A stretch of DNA of 64,000 nt from Caecitellus pseudoparvulus (taxonomy: Eukaryota; Protista; Bigyra: Bicosoecida). Made by a program: the position numbers and the translations under genes. Numbering within the stretch: the stretch's first letter is position 1; every line of letters begins with the position of its first letter. The stretch is from positions 248,001 to 312,000 of the forward strand of contig CBFFRQ010000019.1 in assembly GCA_965644315.1 (NCBI GenBank). Direction: 5' to 3'. Of this stretch, positions 1 to 11,607 are shown piece after piece. The notes beneath the pieces were generated by a model. The model was not told where the DNA came from and searched no databases. It worked only from the letters and a program-made list of their open reading frames with translations.

Positions 1-30
1 CTCCCCATATCGCGTGCTCCCCTCGTCAAC

Positions 31-1785
31 ATGGCACGATCCGTTGCCGGGGCTTACTTTGAAGCCGTGGTGAAGGTGCTGTCGGAGTGGCAAGGTGAGG
101 GGGAGGGCGATGCGGCGAGGCAGGTGGCGGCTGACCGCCTGCAGCCTGTGCTGGGCATGCTGCTGACGGACATGCGCGCAGCTGCAGCGAGGCTCCCCGA
201 GCTGCGACTGGTCGGCCGAGCGTCTGAGTCGGTGACGGCCATCTTGCGTGCACACGTGCAGGGCGCGTTCGCTGCGGTGCGCACTGAGACAGCCCAGGCC
301 CTGGCGCGGCTTGTGGGGCAGCAAACACTCTTGCGCTCATCTGCCCGGACTCAAGAGGTGAAAGACTTGACCCCTGACTTGGCGCCTGCAACCCCAGACG
401 TGCCTGCCCCGGCTGCAGCAGGCTCGGGGGAAGTGGAGCATGAGCCAGCGCAGCCAGGGGTGAGGCAACCTCCCGCCCCAACGCAGCCCCACACCCCGGG
501 CACAGTCGGGTGGAGGGTGTTGTATGGCCGCTCGCTTCGGGGGGGCATCCAGGGCGTTGTGGTGAGGAGTGTGCAGTCGATGTCTGGCGCTCTGCGCAGC
601 AGTGCACCGCTGGCTACCATCGGCTGCAGCCTGCTCCCAGACTTGGCCCCCGCGTTCACCGGCCTGCTAGCGGAGCAGGCCGTTCAGTGCCTACTGTGGC
701 TCACTGGAACCCTAGAAAGCGTGGGGGACGCAACGCACCCCGCCTTGCCTGGATGCGAGGGCGTGCAGTTGCAGGTAGCAGGCGGGGGAGGAGGGGGCGG
801 CCGTGTTGGAGCTGACACCGCGCCCACATTGCGGCTGCGTGCGCAAGGAACAGTGCAGGGCCTTGTGCTTAGCACCCCCACCACTCTGCCGATCGAATGG
901 TTGCTGACATTTGCACACGGGTGCCTCCTGCTGGCCAAGGATGGCATCCCCACCTGCCTCCGGGCGCTGGGTGAGGTGCTTGCGACTGTGCCTGGTGGGG
1001 GTATGGGTGCAGCGGTACACCAGCCAGATATCCGAAGCCGGGCTGCGGCAGGAGCTAAACGCTTGACCCGGGCTTACATCTTGGGCGTGGGGGGCGACTT
1101 GGCTGATACGCTGCGACAAGGGCTGCTTACTGGAGACTGGATGGACATGCCGGAGCCGCGAGGAGCCAGCCTTGCCACACGTTTGGCACTGGAAACCCTT
1201 ACCCACCATCGAGAAATGACCGCAGGCATCATCGAAGCGAAAACCGGACTCGGACCTTGTCTCCCGGCAGCTGCCGACGGCGGCGAGGCGTGTGAGGCGG
1301 ACGCAAGCGCTGTTTTGTCAGCATTGCCGCTGCCCACCGGCCAAGCAGCCCGCAAGTTGGCAGCTGGACTAGGAGGCGGGGCTCTAGGCAAGGATAGCTC
1401 TGGGGGTGCTGATGGCGGCTTGCACTTGGGCATCGAGCAACTCTTTGCTGTGGCCAAGAGCCCCGCGCTGAAGGCTCTGGACCTGACCCTGCCGGCCATC
1501 ACAGCATGTGCTGCTCGCGTGGCGGTGGACACGCTGGTTGAGGCTGTGCGTGACATGACTCTGGGGCAGGGTGGGTACCAGCAGCTGCAAGTGGACACCG
1601 CCACTCTGTTCCTGGTGCTGGGTGCCAGCATGACAGGCAAGGCTTTCACAGCCGCCCAGGTGGAGGCCAGGTGTCGTGATGTGTTGGTGTCTGCAGTGGA
1701 TAGGTGTGTGGACCTGCAGCCACTCCCGCCCACTGTCGTCTACGCCGTCGCAACAGAGGGCTTGCCTCGCATGCGCTTGCGGTGA
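31..1785 (+). CDS. VPS51: Vps51/Ang2 (GARP/EARP complex subunit), C-terminal part; 5' end probably lies outside the window
   Basis: 584-aa ORF. The C-terminal 'LVEAVRDMTLGQGGYQQLQVD...LVSAVDRCVD' matches the Vps51 C-terminal motif (E-x-VR-x-x-TF-x-x-x-G-x-QQ-x-QVD). Confidence 0.7.
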   Translation: MARSVAGAYFEAVVKVLSEWQGEGEGDAARQVAADRLQPVLGMLLTDMRAAAARLPELRLVGRASESVTAILRAHVQGAFAAVRTETAQALARLVGQQTLLRSSARTQEVKDLTPDLAPATPDVPAPAAAGSGEVEHEPAQPGVRQPPAPTQPHTPGTVGWRVLYGRSLRGGIQGVVVRSVQSMSGALRSSAPLATIGCSLLPDLAPAFTGLLAEQAVQCLLWLTGTLESVGDATHPALPGCEGVQLQVAGGGGGGGRVGADTAPTLRLRAQGTVQGLVLSTPTTLPIEWLLTFAHGCLLLAKDGIPTCLRALGEVLATVPGGGMGAAVHQPDIRSRAAAGAKRLTRAYILGVGGDLADTLRQGLLTGDWMDMPEPRGASLATRLALETLTHHREMTAGIIEAKTGLGPCLPAAADGGEACEADASAVLSALPLPTGQAARKLAAGLGGGALGKDSSGGADGGLHLGIEQLFAVAKSPALKALDLTLPAITACAARVAVDTLVEAVRDMTLGQGGYQQLQVDTATLFLVLGASMTGKAFTAAQVEARCRDVLVSAVDRCVDLQPLPPTVVYAVATEGLPRMRLR

Positions 1786-1894
1786 GTGGGCGAAGTGCTC
1801 CCCACGATAATCGTTTGGTTTGCCAAAAACCCCACTCCGTTGAAACACGGCCTTTGCCACCCTGTCGACATGGTGTGCGAAGCCACAAGTAATC

Positions 1895-3794
1895 ATGGCG
1901 AAGTCACTTGCATTGCTCATTGTGGCAGCAGGCGCGGCGGCGGCCGCTGCCGGTGCTGTGCGTGGCCAGTCTCCTGACTCGCCTGCCTCGCCCAGTGCCT
2001 CCCAAACAGCCAGTGTGTACTTGGCTGACGGAAAATACAGCATCAAGCTTGGCGTGTTTGACAAGGCTGCTGTGGCTTATGGGAACTACACGGACATGGC
2101 GGACAACCCCATTTCTCTGTTTGGCACGCTGGACATCGAGACGAATCCAGCATTCGCAGACACGGAGCAGGTGAAGTGCAGTGCACCTGCGCGCGCCTGT
2201 GAGCTAAGGCACGAAGGCGACGACGCTCAGCTGTCCCTGTGTGCAGACATTTGCTGCTGGGTTTTTGGAGGGTGCTGTTACTCAAGGGCGGTGAGTGAGG
2301 CAACTGGGCGTGCTGCTGCCGTGCTGGTGAGGGTGCCGGGGTGTCCTGGGGAACCCACACAACTCCCTTTCCCTTCAACCGCCGTGCAGAATCAAGCAGC
2401 AATTTGTGAACATGCAAACCTGGTGGCTGGGTGCTGCAGGTGTCACGCGCTCCTTGCCGACGGTCTTCGAGGAGTGGTTTGCCAAGCAGGACAGCTGGGC
2501 TCGCCAGCAAGTGGCAGCCCACCCTCACGACTCTTACTGGCAGCACGTGGACACAGTGCTGCACCAGCTGGATGGGTTGGTAGCAGGGTATGCTGCGGTG
2601 GCGCCACCCAGTGAGGCCCTTACTCGTTTTAACCTCGCTGCGCTCAATGGCGTCGGAGACCTGATTGACTTGCTGAACGTGCTCATGCCGTCCACGCGCC
2701 CTGCGTGGGAAGCCATGGCGCCAGAGGAGGTCATGCGAACCTTCCATTCACGCACGCACTGCAGCAGCCTCGTGCGCGTGACAGGGGACTTTTCAGAGCT
2801 GTTCCAGGGGCACAGCTCCTGGTTTGTGTTCCAGGGCATGCTGCGCATCATGAAGAGCTACCACTTCCAGCTGGCCAACCCCACCACGGGCAGCCACGAC
2901 ACGACCTTCAGCAGCTACCCCGGGTACCTGTCGTCGCTGGATGATTTCTACACGAACTTTGAGTCGGGCATCATTATGACCCAGACAACCAACAACATCT
3001 TCAACCACTCACTGTACTCCCTGGTGGTGCCTGAGAGCTTGCTGGCTTGGCAGCGCGTGCGGCTGGCCAACCAAATTGCCACTTCTGGCGCACAGTGGAT
3101 GGAAATTGCTGCGACTCACAACTCTGGCACATACAACAACGCGTACCTGGTTACGGATTTGAAGAAGTGGACGGCCAAGGCTGCCCTGGTCCCTGGCCTC
3201 TTCACGTACGGCGAGCAGATTCCGGGGGAGTTTCAGTGGCAGGACACGACGGAGACCTTGGCACAGTCAGGCTTCTGGGCATCGTACAATGTCCCCTACT
3301 TCCGGGACATCTACGAGAAGTCCGGGTATGCCTCCATCGTGCAGGCACACGCTGGCAACGAGACCTCTGCGCAGGTGCTGTCTGGGCTGCAGTACCAGAT
3401 GGCGCCTCGCGCAAAAATTGTGCGGCGCCAGGCAGGGGCTATCGCTGACATGGTGGACTACAAGGCATTCATGCGTTTCAATGAGTTCAAGTCAGACCCG
3501 TACGCGGCAGGCAACCCCTTCGCGGCCATCTGCAGCCGGGGCGACCTCGCTGCGACTCACGCGAGCACCAGCGGCTGCTATGACACCAAGGTGACCTCTG
3601 CCTCCTGGTTCCAGGAGTACAAGGCCCAGATTGTGAACGGTCCCACGTGGGGCAAGTGGAGTGGCAAAGACAACCTCCCCGCCTTCTCATGGAGCGAGCA
3701 GGGCGGGAAGTTCGCGGGGCTCAGCCACGAGGGTATGCCTGACACGTTCGCGACAGACTTCGTGGATCACACGCCGCAGTGGCGGGAGTGGTAA
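1895..3794 (+). CDS. Phospholipase B-like (PLBD/Ntn-hydrolase) precursor; exons ~1895-2170, 2247-2290, 2390-3794
   Basis: Signal-peptide-like N-terminus. The spliced frame gives 'AAGFLEG', nucleophile 'THCSSLVRV', 'FSSYPGYLSSLDDFY', 'NSGTYNN' and 'GCYDTKVT'. GT-AG introns restore the frame. Confidence 0.9.
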
Positions 3795-3917
3795 GCACCG
3801 CCCTCCTGCACAATCCAATTTTCCACCAAATCACCGGCTCCATTTGTTCACTGTGGCCGTCTGGCCGCCTGGGCCCACTCAGTGCCAGCGTTCGAAGACC
3901 AGCCAAGCAAGACCACC

Positions 3918-4809
3918 ATGGCAGGGCGAGGGCCTGTGAAGCAGAGCGCCGTGCAGAGCCCCAACATCCTGAGCATGGGGGAGCGCACGCCAGCAGATCT
4001 TCCGAGGACCATGGTGTGGCTTGGCGACCGCATGCACTTCAAAGTGACGGAGTTCAAGTGCGCCATGCCGGCGTGTTGTGCCGCGGAAATTGCTTCCACC
4101 ACGCCGCCCGCTCTCCCGCCCTGGTGCTTGCAGGTCTGCCCTGCGCAATGAGGACCTGGACAGCGTGCATTTCTTCGTAGATGAAGCAGGGAGTCGTCGG
4201 TTTGAACTTGTGGTGCGCCTCTCGTCGGTGTACAGGGAAAAGATGATCTGGTACGCGACCTGCCCCGCCTGCCCAACCTGCACAAGACAAGCAAGCACCA
4301 CTCACCCCGGCGCCAATTACAGGTACGATGGTGCAACAGCTGGTGGTGCATCCAAGCACTGCCTCCCAGCGCATGTCTTTGCGTTGGTGGAGGAGGTGCT
4401 GGAACCGCTGTCCCGCAACGCAGCCAAGCACTTGGCATTCAGGCGCTCCTTGGTGGCCACGTTGAACTACCTGCTCTTCGACGACGGGCGCATCGTGCTG
4501 ACTGAACCCCTCATCCAAGGGCCTTACATGGACCCCATCCTGGTTGGCGATGCAGAGGAGCTGCCGCCGCCGGCACTCCCCGCCCCGCCAGCAGCCGCAG
4601 CGGCAGGGCAGGCAGCGGCGACCGCCAAGGCTTCACTCCCGCCCAGTGCCCTGACGCCCAAGTCGGCTTCTGCAGCCAAGCGGGGAGGTGCTCCGGCTGC
4701 TGCCGCTCGTGCTGGCCCCGTGTCGTCGGACAGGCCGAAGCGGCCGCCTCGCACGTTCGCCGACATGGCTCGCTCCAGCGCGGTGGGGCGCAGCGGAGGG
4801 CCACGTTAA
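3918..4809 (+). CDS. Hypothetical protein; introns ~4058-4133 and possibly 4251-4322
   Basis: ATG at 3918 in CACCATGG context. The AA|GTGCGC...TGCAG|G intron joins it to the 4078-4809 ORF. Globular core followed by a Pro/Ala tail. Confidence 0.55.
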
Positions 4810-5402
4810 AGTGTGGACCGGTGCACTTCCTCTGAAAGCTTGCGATCGGAGCTGAGGGAAGCCGCCCGCTTGTGGGCTGGCGGGGCGTGTCCGCCGGGAG
4901 TGCGTCCCTCAGCTGGCCAGCCGCTGCGCAAGTTGAGCAGGCGCACACAATGCACCCAGTTGCCACTTCATGTGTGCACATATGCTTGCTGTCCCTGCAG
5001 GTCAGACCCCTTTGGGCCGAGACTCCGTTGCGTGAAAGTTGCCCAGTACGTTCACCGCCCTCTCGTGCCGTTGCCCCACCGCCACCGCCACCGCCGCCGG
5101 GCTGTTCCTGAACTGACTGTGCTGGGCTTCTGCCTGAGAAGGGATGGTACAAACATGCACCAGGCGGGCAGTGTATGCTCCGAGCACTGCGATGAGCGCG
5201 TCTGTGTGCAGCGCTGCCACTGTCTGTGCTGGCGTTTCGCACAGCTCCGTCGTCCGTTGTCCCTCTGCCGCCACTGGCCCGCCCATGTTGTGGGGCAGCC
5301 TCCACGCGTGTTCCTGAACTACACTTGACACGCTAGATATCTCTGCCTTGCCTTCCACAGGCTGCAGCGGACCTTGAGCGCTCCTGCTTGGTCGTGGACA
5401 CC

Positions 5403-7157
5403 ATGGCTGCTTCCACTGATACAGCTGAGTATGACTGGCTCTTCGACTATGTGCAGTCTGTGTTCCAGGCGCCGACGTGGGAGCTGCCCATCGGATCCTT
5501 TATCGATGAAAACTGCATTGTTTTCGACAACGAGGACGAGAACAAGCTGGCCTACACTGAGGTGCACCAGGTGCGAGGGAGGCGAGCCCGTGCCAGCGAA
5601 GCACGCATGGGCACACTGTACCCCTCCATTGCTCCGCGCAGAAGTTTTGCAAGCTCGTGGATGAAATCTTGGAGCAGCACTTGATGGAGATTGGCCTCTC
5701 AGCGGAGGAGTTCGTCAAGATTTGCGCCGCTGCGAAGGACTCGCGCGACTTGAACAAGGCGGTCTTTGAGAAACTTGTAGCCATGGAGGACTTCCGAGGT
5801 GAGGCCACCGAGACGGCAGGGCTCTGAGTGTGTGGTCAGCGAGCACCGTGTGCGTGACCCGCCTTTCCACGCAGAATTCAAGGCGATGATGACTCGGCGG
5901 AATACGGAGTTGGAGCTGGAAGCCATGGCGGCGGTGTCTGGCACGCCGGCGGCCGAGGCGCCCGCCCCCACCCCAGCACCCGCACCTGCACCTGCGCCCG
6001 CTCCCGCGGCTCCTTCAGCACCAAGCCCAACTGGTGAAGATGGTGCTGGGCCTGTGCCAAGCAGCGCAGAGGACATGGAGGCCGCCCTCGCTGCCTCTGC
6101 CGCAGAGTTCGAGCGTGCCAAGCGACTGGCTGACATGGAGCTGGCAGAGGTCGAAGCAGCCATCGCCGCTTCCCTGGCCCTCGAGCGGGAGAGGCTGGAG
6201 AAGCTGAAGGCCCTCGCGGCGAAGGAGGCTGCAGCAGCGGCCGCGGCGACCAGTGCTGCCGACAGCAAGGAGGCTGAGGGAGACGGCAAGGCTCAGGAGG
6301 AGGCTGCTGCCCCCGAACCTGACGTCGCCACACGCATGCTGCTGGAGGCACCAGACGCCACCTCGGCAGCCACCGCTGCTCACGCCCAGAAGGGCGTGAA
6401 GCCTGAGGAGGCGCCGTCGTCCAGCGACGCAGCAGCGCCCTCCCCCGCACCGGCGCCCGCGGCAGCTGAGGGCAAGAGCGAAGACAAGCCTTATGATCCG
6501 TTCGCAGACACGCCTGACATGGATGGCTTCGGCTCGGCGGGCACAGGGGGCTCCCTGCCTCCCCTGCGCCCCACAGGCAGCATGGGGCTGGCGAAGCTGC
6601 CCGATATCCTGAAGGGTGCCCACGCCAACGTGGCAGCTTCAGAGGAGGGCCTGGCGGCAGTGAAGAAGGAGCGAGCCGCACTGCGGGCATCTGCAGAGGC
6701 GGACGCTGCCTCCCTGGATGCGGCGACACAGGCTAAGCTGGCGGAGCGGGCAGCACACTTGCGCAGGCAGCGTGACCTCATCCTTGCGAAGCGCAAGGCA
6801 GAGCGGGAGGAGAAGCTGGCGCAGTTCAAGGCCAGCGGCAAGCCCGGCGTGGACGCGGGGACCAAGTCACGGGTGGCTGCTGCGGTGGCCAGCATGCCGT
6901 CTGGAGCGGAGGCTGCTCCCCCAACTTCCCTCACAGCCTCCTTGGCTGAGAAGGTGCGGTCTGACTACCTCACGTCAGAAGAGCGCAGGAAGCTGGCTGC
7001 CAAGCAGGCTTCACACGTCTCCTTGCAAGAGCGACTGGCCAGTGCCAAGCAGGCCCAGGAGCGCACTGCAGCGGCACAAGCCAAGGCCATGCAGAGCCTG
7101 CGGCAGGTGGCTGCGTCCAGGGCTGCCGCAGTCATGTCCACATCCCCAGGCCGGTGA
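5403..7157 (+). CDS. CFAP36: Cilia- and flagella-associated protein 36 (ARL3-binding BART domain, UIM-like helices, coiled coil); introns ~5571-5641 and ~5799-5874
   Basis: Spliced 'WELPIGSFIDENCIVFDNEDENKLAYTEVHQ|KFCKLVDEILEQHLMEIGLSAEEF...AMEDFREFKAMMTRRNTELELEA' and C-terminal 'AERAAHLRRQRDLILAKRKAERE'. Confidence 0.85.
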
Positions 7158-7224
7158 GGTGGCGGTGGTGCAGTGCAGGAGGGGAGGGGTGTTCATTTTC
7201 AATGCACAAGACTGCCAAGCTCGT

Positions 7225-10200
7225 CTACAGAGCCGGCGAAACTGCCACGCCAAAGTGCCGGCCCACCCACGAACGCACACTGGACAGTGCCACTTGCCCT
7301 GCTGACCACTCATCTGCAGCTGCCGCGTCGCTCGACGTAGGTGTGCCCAGCCCAGGCACCTGGCGCAGTGTGAGCAGGAGACCAATAACATCCCATGCAA
7401 GGCGCTTCCGGCCGTAGTCCGACAAACCATCACTGTCCACGTCCCCGTCTTCGGGCTTGGGCGTGGACAACGCGGAAAACGCTGCAGACACCACCTGCAC
7501 CGGCAGTTGTTCCGAGAGCATGACTGCGACTCGGCTGAAGACTTCACACAGGTCATCGGGGCTGAGAATGCCCCCTAGAATCTTGTGCAGTGTCGCGGTG
7601 TGCTTGATGACACCTTGCATGTGCGGAGAGGTGGGCGCTGCACGTGCTGATGTGGCGGAGGGGTGGCCCCATACACTGCCATCCTCCCCCTTAGGGAGGG
7701 TCGCAGCGCTTTCACTAATGACCTGAGCTGGGGCACCTGATGAGCTGCGCACTGCTGCCGCTTGTGCGTCCGCAACAAGCAGAGGGTACACGGCGTCAAA
7801 CGCTGGGGTGTGGGCGTTCCAGTCCACCTCCCCCAGCTTGCCCAAGCTTGCTTTGAAAGTGTCTTGCAGAATAGCCGCAAACTTTGCAAAGATCCTGTCC
7901 ACGTGCTTGTCAAAGTCCTGTGCAACCTTCCACAGCTCGCGCAGTAAAGTGTGCTTGGCTGAAGGCAAGCTCGCGACCAGGGCGCCTCGCAGAAGAGGCA
8001 CAATGGCTGATACCGCACGCAGGGACGTCGCTGCGACAGCCAAGTGCTTTGCAAAGATCGTCTTTAGCGTGCCTCGTGACACTGCTTCGCCCCCCAGCAC
8101 CAAGGCAGAGGCTGTGTCGTTGAAGCACCGCAGCAGCTCGGCAGCGCGCAAGGCAGCATCGCCTGCCACTGCCATGGGCATCAGCCGCGCGGCAGCTGCA
8201 TATGTAGCGAGGTGCTTCAACAAGATCAGCGCACTGGCCGATACACAGAAGGGCTGCGTGTGCAGAGACAGGGTGGCGGCTGAGTTGTCAGCCACGGCCC
8301 CTGTCACCGCCACACCACTTTGTCCTAGCCGAGGCACGTGCAGCATGCGGGTGGAGGGTGGCGGTGGGTCCATGTCAGCCATCTGCTGCTGGAGTTCGCT
8401 GTGGTGCTGCTCGTCTCCCTGCTCGGCAGGAGTCTCTTTGGCTATAGCCAGGTGTACTGCGCACCGGGACTCTGACGTGGCCGTCGGCGGCGACCACTTC
8501 ACCTTGGCGGCCAAGTGCAGTCCTAATGTCGCTCCGAACACGCCTTCCCTGTCGTCATAGGCGCTTGATGCCGACTCTTGCGCCTCTTTGGAATCGGCGA
8601 CACCCTGTGCTCGCAGCAGTGACCTGAGCGCATGGCGGGGTCGCCCGGCCAGAGCGCGCAGTGCTGTGGGCAGCGCTTCCTGCACAGCCGGCTCTGATAG
8701 CAGGCTGGGCACTGCCAGGTCATACAGTGCGCTATGTAGACTTGGCTGCACACTGACGTGGCGCCAGACCTCGGCGTGCATGACACTTGGCAGCTCAAGC
8801 ATGCTGCGGGCGTGCTGTGCTGAGAAGGCTTGGTCAGCTTGAGTGTGCGCTTCCAACACCAAATCAGATCCGCCCAAGGCTCCAGGCACCGGCAAGTCCC
8901 CAGCTGCATCTGCTGATTGCCGCGTGCACATGTTGGCGAAGGCCTCGGCTGCGGTGACCAGCAAGGCTGCTTGTCCAACACGCAGCCCGTCGTGCACTGC
9001 GCGCCTGGCCTTGAGGAGTTTGGAGACTTGGCGCTGCCCCGCATCGCAAGCGGTGACGATGATGTCCTGTGCAGCCAATTGAAGAGAGCTCGCTTCGTCT
9101 GCTGGCAGTGACTCAGTGGCGTGGGGGGCGGCTTTCAGCACTTGCTGCAGCAGGCGCACGATAGCCGCGCACCGCGTCAGCACTTTCGTCAGCGTGGCGA
9201 GCAGGCCAAGAAAGAGGTGTGCAAAGTCAGGGAACGACAGAGCTTTGATCTTTCCCACCGACACACCGCCTGGTCCGCCGGCCGCTTGCCAAGCGTAGCC
9301 GAATACGTCCACGTCATCTCCAGCGCCAGAAGCGGCCTGCTCCGCGGAGCCGAAGCGGTGCACGAGGGCGGCGTCAGCTGCCTGCCGCAAACCAAGCACC
9401 CGCAGACCTTCAACGATGTCTTCCACCACCAAGCTCTTGATTTCTGCGGTGGTTTTGCTCTGCAGCGTCTCCAGGGCAGCAAGCAAGGTGCCGGCGCTGA
9501 GCCCGCACAGAGCTTGCAGCTGAGGCCGCAGCGTGAACTGCAGCACCATCGCTTCGCAGGCCGCACTGCCTCCGCCCTCCAACTGTGCCAGCAGACTGGC
9601 TTCTGCCACGGGGGTGGGCGCCTGTGACCCTGCCGGAGACTCAGGGGCCGTGGGGGGGGCTGCTTCCTCCCCTCCCTCCTGCCGCCTGGACAGCCACCCC
9701 GCAAGGTACGCCTGCACAGCGGCGGGGGAGGCAGCTGCCGAGCCCAGGTGGTCCAACGTGGACGCGGGCGTCACTCCAGACACCATCACCTGCATGGCTG
9801 TGAGTGTGAAGGCCCTGGACAGTCCATCTGCGACGGCGCTCTCGTGCCTGTCCACTGCGTCCAGCAGACTGGCCGCGCACTTCAGCCCCGAACACTGCTC
9901 CAGCACACGGCTGCGCAGGGCCCGGCAGGCGGCCACTGCCCTGCCGTGTTCCCCACTGCGGCTCAGGCGCAGCACCAGCTTGCGAGCGGTCGCCACCTCA
10001 CGCAGTGCCGCCAGACGCCGACGCAGCGCTGCCGCCCGAGCCATGCGCCGACGCAGTGCTAGCACGCGGAGGCCTGCGGAGCTCAGACAGCCTCGGCTGC
10101 GTGCCAGGGCGGCCTTGGTGGAGGCCACTTTGCCACAGGCTTGCACGACAGCGTCCCACAGCGTGTGCAGCGTGACCAGTGCCGCGAACAAGTGTTCCTT

Positions 10201-11190
10201 GCGCGCGGCGATACGGTGGGCCAGGTCTGCCTCCACGCTGTCCAGGAACGTGCTGAGGGCGTGCTGCACAGCGGGGGGCACATCCACGGACACCCCTTCA
10301 TCTCCCTCCTGACCCCGCTCCTGACCCCCCTCCTCCCCAGCAGCGTTGCGCATTGGGCCGAAGGAGTGGGAAATGACACGGCGGAACGTGTCCGGGTGCG
10401 CGAGGGAAAAGTCTTCCTCGAAGAACATCGCGGGAACCACGCCACCACAATCGTGGGAAGGCGCCGCTGGTCGTGGGGCCGGGCTCTGGGGCCCCCCTGC
10501 CCCACCCCCACCCCCCCCTCGCTGGCGGTGTCGGGCGTTGAGGGGGGTGGGTGGCAGCCCAGCTGCCACACGGGCTTGGCGCAGGCGCGTGATGTGCCCG
10601 GCAAAGGTGGCGCGGGAGACGGGGGGGTACTTGTTGGAGGGCAGAGGGGGCGGCTTGAAGGCGGCTGCCGAGCTGCGCGTGGCAAAGGCCACACTGTAAG
10701 CCTGGGCGTGCCCCCGCGCCACATGACCCGCGTGTGCCGCAGCCGGGGACAGCAGGATGTCGCCGGGAGACAGCGACGGGTGGGGCGCGACCCGCACATC
10801 CTGCTCGTCACTGGGCAGGTGCATGTCTGACGTCAGCCCGGAGTCCTCCACGAGCTCCAGCGCATCGCCCAGCGAGGCCATGAAACGCGCCATGCCACCA
10901 GTGGGCGCGCTGGGGTCCTCCGCCACAGATGTGGCGTTCACATGCGTGCAGGCCAGGTAGGGGGGGTATGCTGTTGCTGCCTGAGTGAAGACATCCACGT
11001 GCTCCTGCTCCTGCTGGCGCGCAGGGGGCGCCGCCTCTGGCCCACCACTTGCCTGGGCGGCAGCTGCGCCAGAGCCAGGCGCAGAGCTGCCACGTGTGCC
11101 ACTCCGCCAGCTTCCGTGCGTGTTGAACAACGGAGGCAGGGCGTGTGCCACGTCTCCTGCCGAGGAATCTGCCCGGTCGCGGCTAGCCAT
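7225..11190 (-). CDS. VPS54: Vps54 (GARP complex subunit)
   Basis: 1321-aa ORF with 'VPAMFFEEDFSLAHPDTF', 'LSTFLDSVEADLAHRI' and the Vps54 domain 'FNDTASALVLGGEAVSRGTLKTIFAKHLAVAATSL'. Confidence 0.85.
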   Translation of the reverse strand: MASRDRADSSAGDVAHALPPLFNTHGSWRSGTRGSSAPGSGAAAAQASGGPEAAPPARQQEQEHVDVFTQAATAYPPYLACTHVNATSVAEDPSAPTGGMARFMASLGDALELVEDSGLTSDMHLPSDEQDVRVAPHPSLSPGDILLSPAAAHAGHVARGHAQAYSVAFATRSSAAAFKPPPLPSNKYPPVSRATFAGHITRLRQARVAAGLPPTPLNARHRQRGGGGGGAGGPQSPAPRPAAPSHDCGGVVPAMFFEEDFSLAHPDTFRRVISHSFGPMRNAAGEEGGQERGQEGDEGVSVDVPPAVQHALSTFLDSVEADLAHRIAARKEHLFAALVTLHTLWDAVVQACGKVASTKAALARSRGCLSSAGLRVLALRRRMARAAALRRRLAALREVATARKLVLRLSRSGEHGRAVAACRALRSRVLEQCSGLKCAASLLDAVDRHESAVADGLSRAFTLTAMQVMVSGVTPASTLDHLGSAAASPAAVQAYLAGWLSRRQEGGEEAAPPTAPESPAGSQAPTPVAEASLLAQLEGGGSAACEAMVLQFTLRPQLQALCGLSAGTLLAALETLQSKTTAEIKSLVVEDIVEGLRVLGLRQAADAALVHRFGSAEQAASGAGDDVDVFGYAWQAAGGPGGVSVGKIKALSFPDFAHLFLGLLATLTKVLTRCAAIVRLLQQVLKAAPHATESLPADEASSLQLAAQDIIVTACDAGQRQVSKLLKARRAVHDGLRVGQAALLVTAAEAFANMCTRQSADAAGDLPVPGALGGSDLVLEAHTQADQAFSAQHARSMLELPSVMHAEVWRHVSVQPSLHSALYDLAVPSLLSEPAVQEALPTALRALAGRPRHALRSLLRAQGVADSKEAQESASSAYDDREGVFGATLGLHLAAKVKWSPPTATSESRCAVHLAIAKETPAEQGDEQHHSELQQQMADMDPPPPSTRMLHVPRLGQSGVAVTGAVADNSAATLSLHTQPFCVSASALILLKHLATYAAAARLMPMAVAGDAALRAAELLRCFNDTASALVLGGEAVSRGTLKTIFAKHLAVAATSLRAVSAIVPLLRGALVASLPSAKHTLLRELWKVAQDFDKHVDRIFAKFAAILQDTFKASLGKLGEVDWNAHTPAFDAVYPLLVADAQAAAVRSSSGAPAQVISESAATLPKGEDGSVWGHPSATSARAAPTSPHMQGVIKHTATLHKILGGILSPDDLCEVFSRVAVMLSEQLPVQVVSAAFSALSTPKPEDGDVDSDGLSDYGRKRLAWDVIGLLLTLRQVPGLGTPTSSDAAAADEWSAGQVALSSVRSWVGRHFGVAVSPAL

Positions 11191-11607
11191 CCCGCGGTGC
11201 TGGTGCCTGGCTCACAATCACGCCGCTGCAGTGCGGAGGATGCAGTGAAACCCTCACACAGCAGCACACGCCTGCAGGCTACGTGCGGAACGGGCACCGC
11301 CGCCTGCACTCGCAATGCAAGCTGCCGCTGGCGATAGTCGCACCCTCACCCCACCTCACGGCAGAGCAGAGCCAATTTGGTGACAGGCGGGATCTGTTGC
11401 GGTTCGCTTGAGTCGTTTCGCTTGCGTTTCGCAGGGATTCGAGCAAGCCCCTGCAGAGTGACAAGCCACAGGGAAAAAGCAGGGTGCAGGTTTGAAAGGA
11501 TGGGCATACATTTCTGACGTACGTGTGAAAATGCTTGAGTCTTGGAGAGCTCTGCAAGGCAGTCCATGCCCGCGCAGGCATTGCTGCACACCCCCTGACA
11601 ACAACAC

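Noticed and set aside
4810-5402. Possible small gene between the orphan gene and CFAP36
   Set aside because: ORFs are compositionally unconvincing and no consistent exon chain could be built; likely UTR or promoter.
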